NCBI GenBank assembly: GCA_026770705.1
Contig: JANJGN010000002.1
Coordinates: 220,658,001 to 220,722,000 of the forward strand
DNA length: 64,000 nucleotides
Direction of reading: 5' to 3'
From: Isurus oxyrinchus
Lineage: Eukaryota
Part shown: piece after piece, positions 62,941 to 64,000 of the stretch
Layout: the number at the start of each line of letters is the position of its first letter
Position numbering within the stretch: position 1 is the stretch's first letter
Notes under the pieces: model-generated
What the model saw: only the letters and a program-made list of their open reading frames with translations
Database searches by the model: none
What the model was told of the DNA's origin: nothing
Program-made: the position numbers and the translations under genes

Positions 62941-64000
62941 CCGAGTCTAGGAATGTACAGATTGCTGTTATTCACTTTTTACTTTTATACTCCAAAAAGC
63001 AATGTTCTTTTATATTGTGCAAATGAAAAAAATCAGCAGCAGAGAACAGAAGGCTAATTTAAGGTAAAATGTATTTACATTGTTCTAATTCCTATGTCTT
63101 TTATTGCATCAAGGAACATTGCCTGTCTCAATGGAAAAAAAAAATTCTTGGATGATAATGCAATGTATCTGGCTCACTGCAGGCACTGGTTACTGTGCTG
63201 CAGATGATTGATGTTCCTCCTCATTCTCCCACTGTGGCCTGGTAGGCAAAGCACTCTTAGTTGTTGATCAGGCTAACATGTCGGCACACTTCCAAGGAAG
63301 AATCAAGCATCATTGTTTGTCAGGCAGTTATCCTGATGGTGCCATTAGGACTAATGTGCCAGCTTCATTTGGAATGAAAAGGGAACAACACCTGGATGAA
63401 CTGAAAATAATTTCAAGCAGCAACATGGATTTCAGGGAAGACAATTCTAATACTCCTCTTTTAGGGACATGACAGGTGTGGCTGAAAGGAGAAATGCCGT
63501 GGAAGCAGTGAGAAAGCCTGTGATAAGCTACTGTACAGGAGACAATTGAAGAAGGTTAAGGGGGTTGGCGTGTAGCAAATTGGATAAAAACTAGTAGGAA
63601 AAGAGAAAACAGAAAGCAAGACTTAATGGCAGTTTTACAGAGTGGCTTGAATTGTGTAGCAGCTGTAACAAGCTTCTGTTCTGCAACTGTAACTGTTCAT
63701 TATAAACATCAATGAATTGGGCATGCAGAGAGAATTCTGCAAAGTTGAGGACAATACTAAAATTGGCAACAAAATAAATAACTCTGATGATTAATGGAAG
63801 ATGCAAGGAAATATTGATAAGGGGTGGAAATGATAAAAAAAAGTGGCATGAAGGGTGAGAAGATAAGATATAAAAAGCAAACCAATAAAAATATGAATGG
63901 TCTACTTGGTCTATTGCAAAAGAAATATAATTGATGATGTAATGGTGTTTTTATAGAAAACCTTTGTAAATTGCAGTCGGAGCATTGTGTGGAGTTTTGC

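Overview
Eukaryotic, intron- and repeat-rich DNA, most likely from a cartilaginous fish (inferred from the shark-type CR1, Penelope, Deu-SINE and Harbinger repeats; not verified). The only host protein-coding gene I can support is a minus-strand phospholipid scramblase (PLSCR family). It has 7 coding exons (46444 down to 24378, 333 aa), all with GT-AG junctions and consistent phases, an expanded GAYPP-repeat N-terminus, a probable 3'UTR intron and a polyA site near 23460. The rest is mostly degraded transposons: many CR1 and L2 LINE fragments, tRNA/Deu SINEs, a Tigger/pogo transposase fossil with nested insertions, two Harbinger elements with intron-containing Myb/SANT genes (one also has a HARBI1-like transposase), their MITEs, solo LTRs, an LTR element with a tRNA-Leu PBS, and Penelope-like elements. 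The most interesting signals are two families of minimal hammerhead ribozyme motifs in the Penelope termini (one with a conserved pseudoknot-like pairing, one with a recurring A6-to-U core variant), short Penelope insertions that truncate or fold back at the ribozyme's stem II, a ~190-bp-arm palindrome, and a young 212-bp duplication next to a Penelope 5' junction. Repeat family names and boundaries come from motif recognition by eye and are approximate unless a TIR or TSD is quoted.
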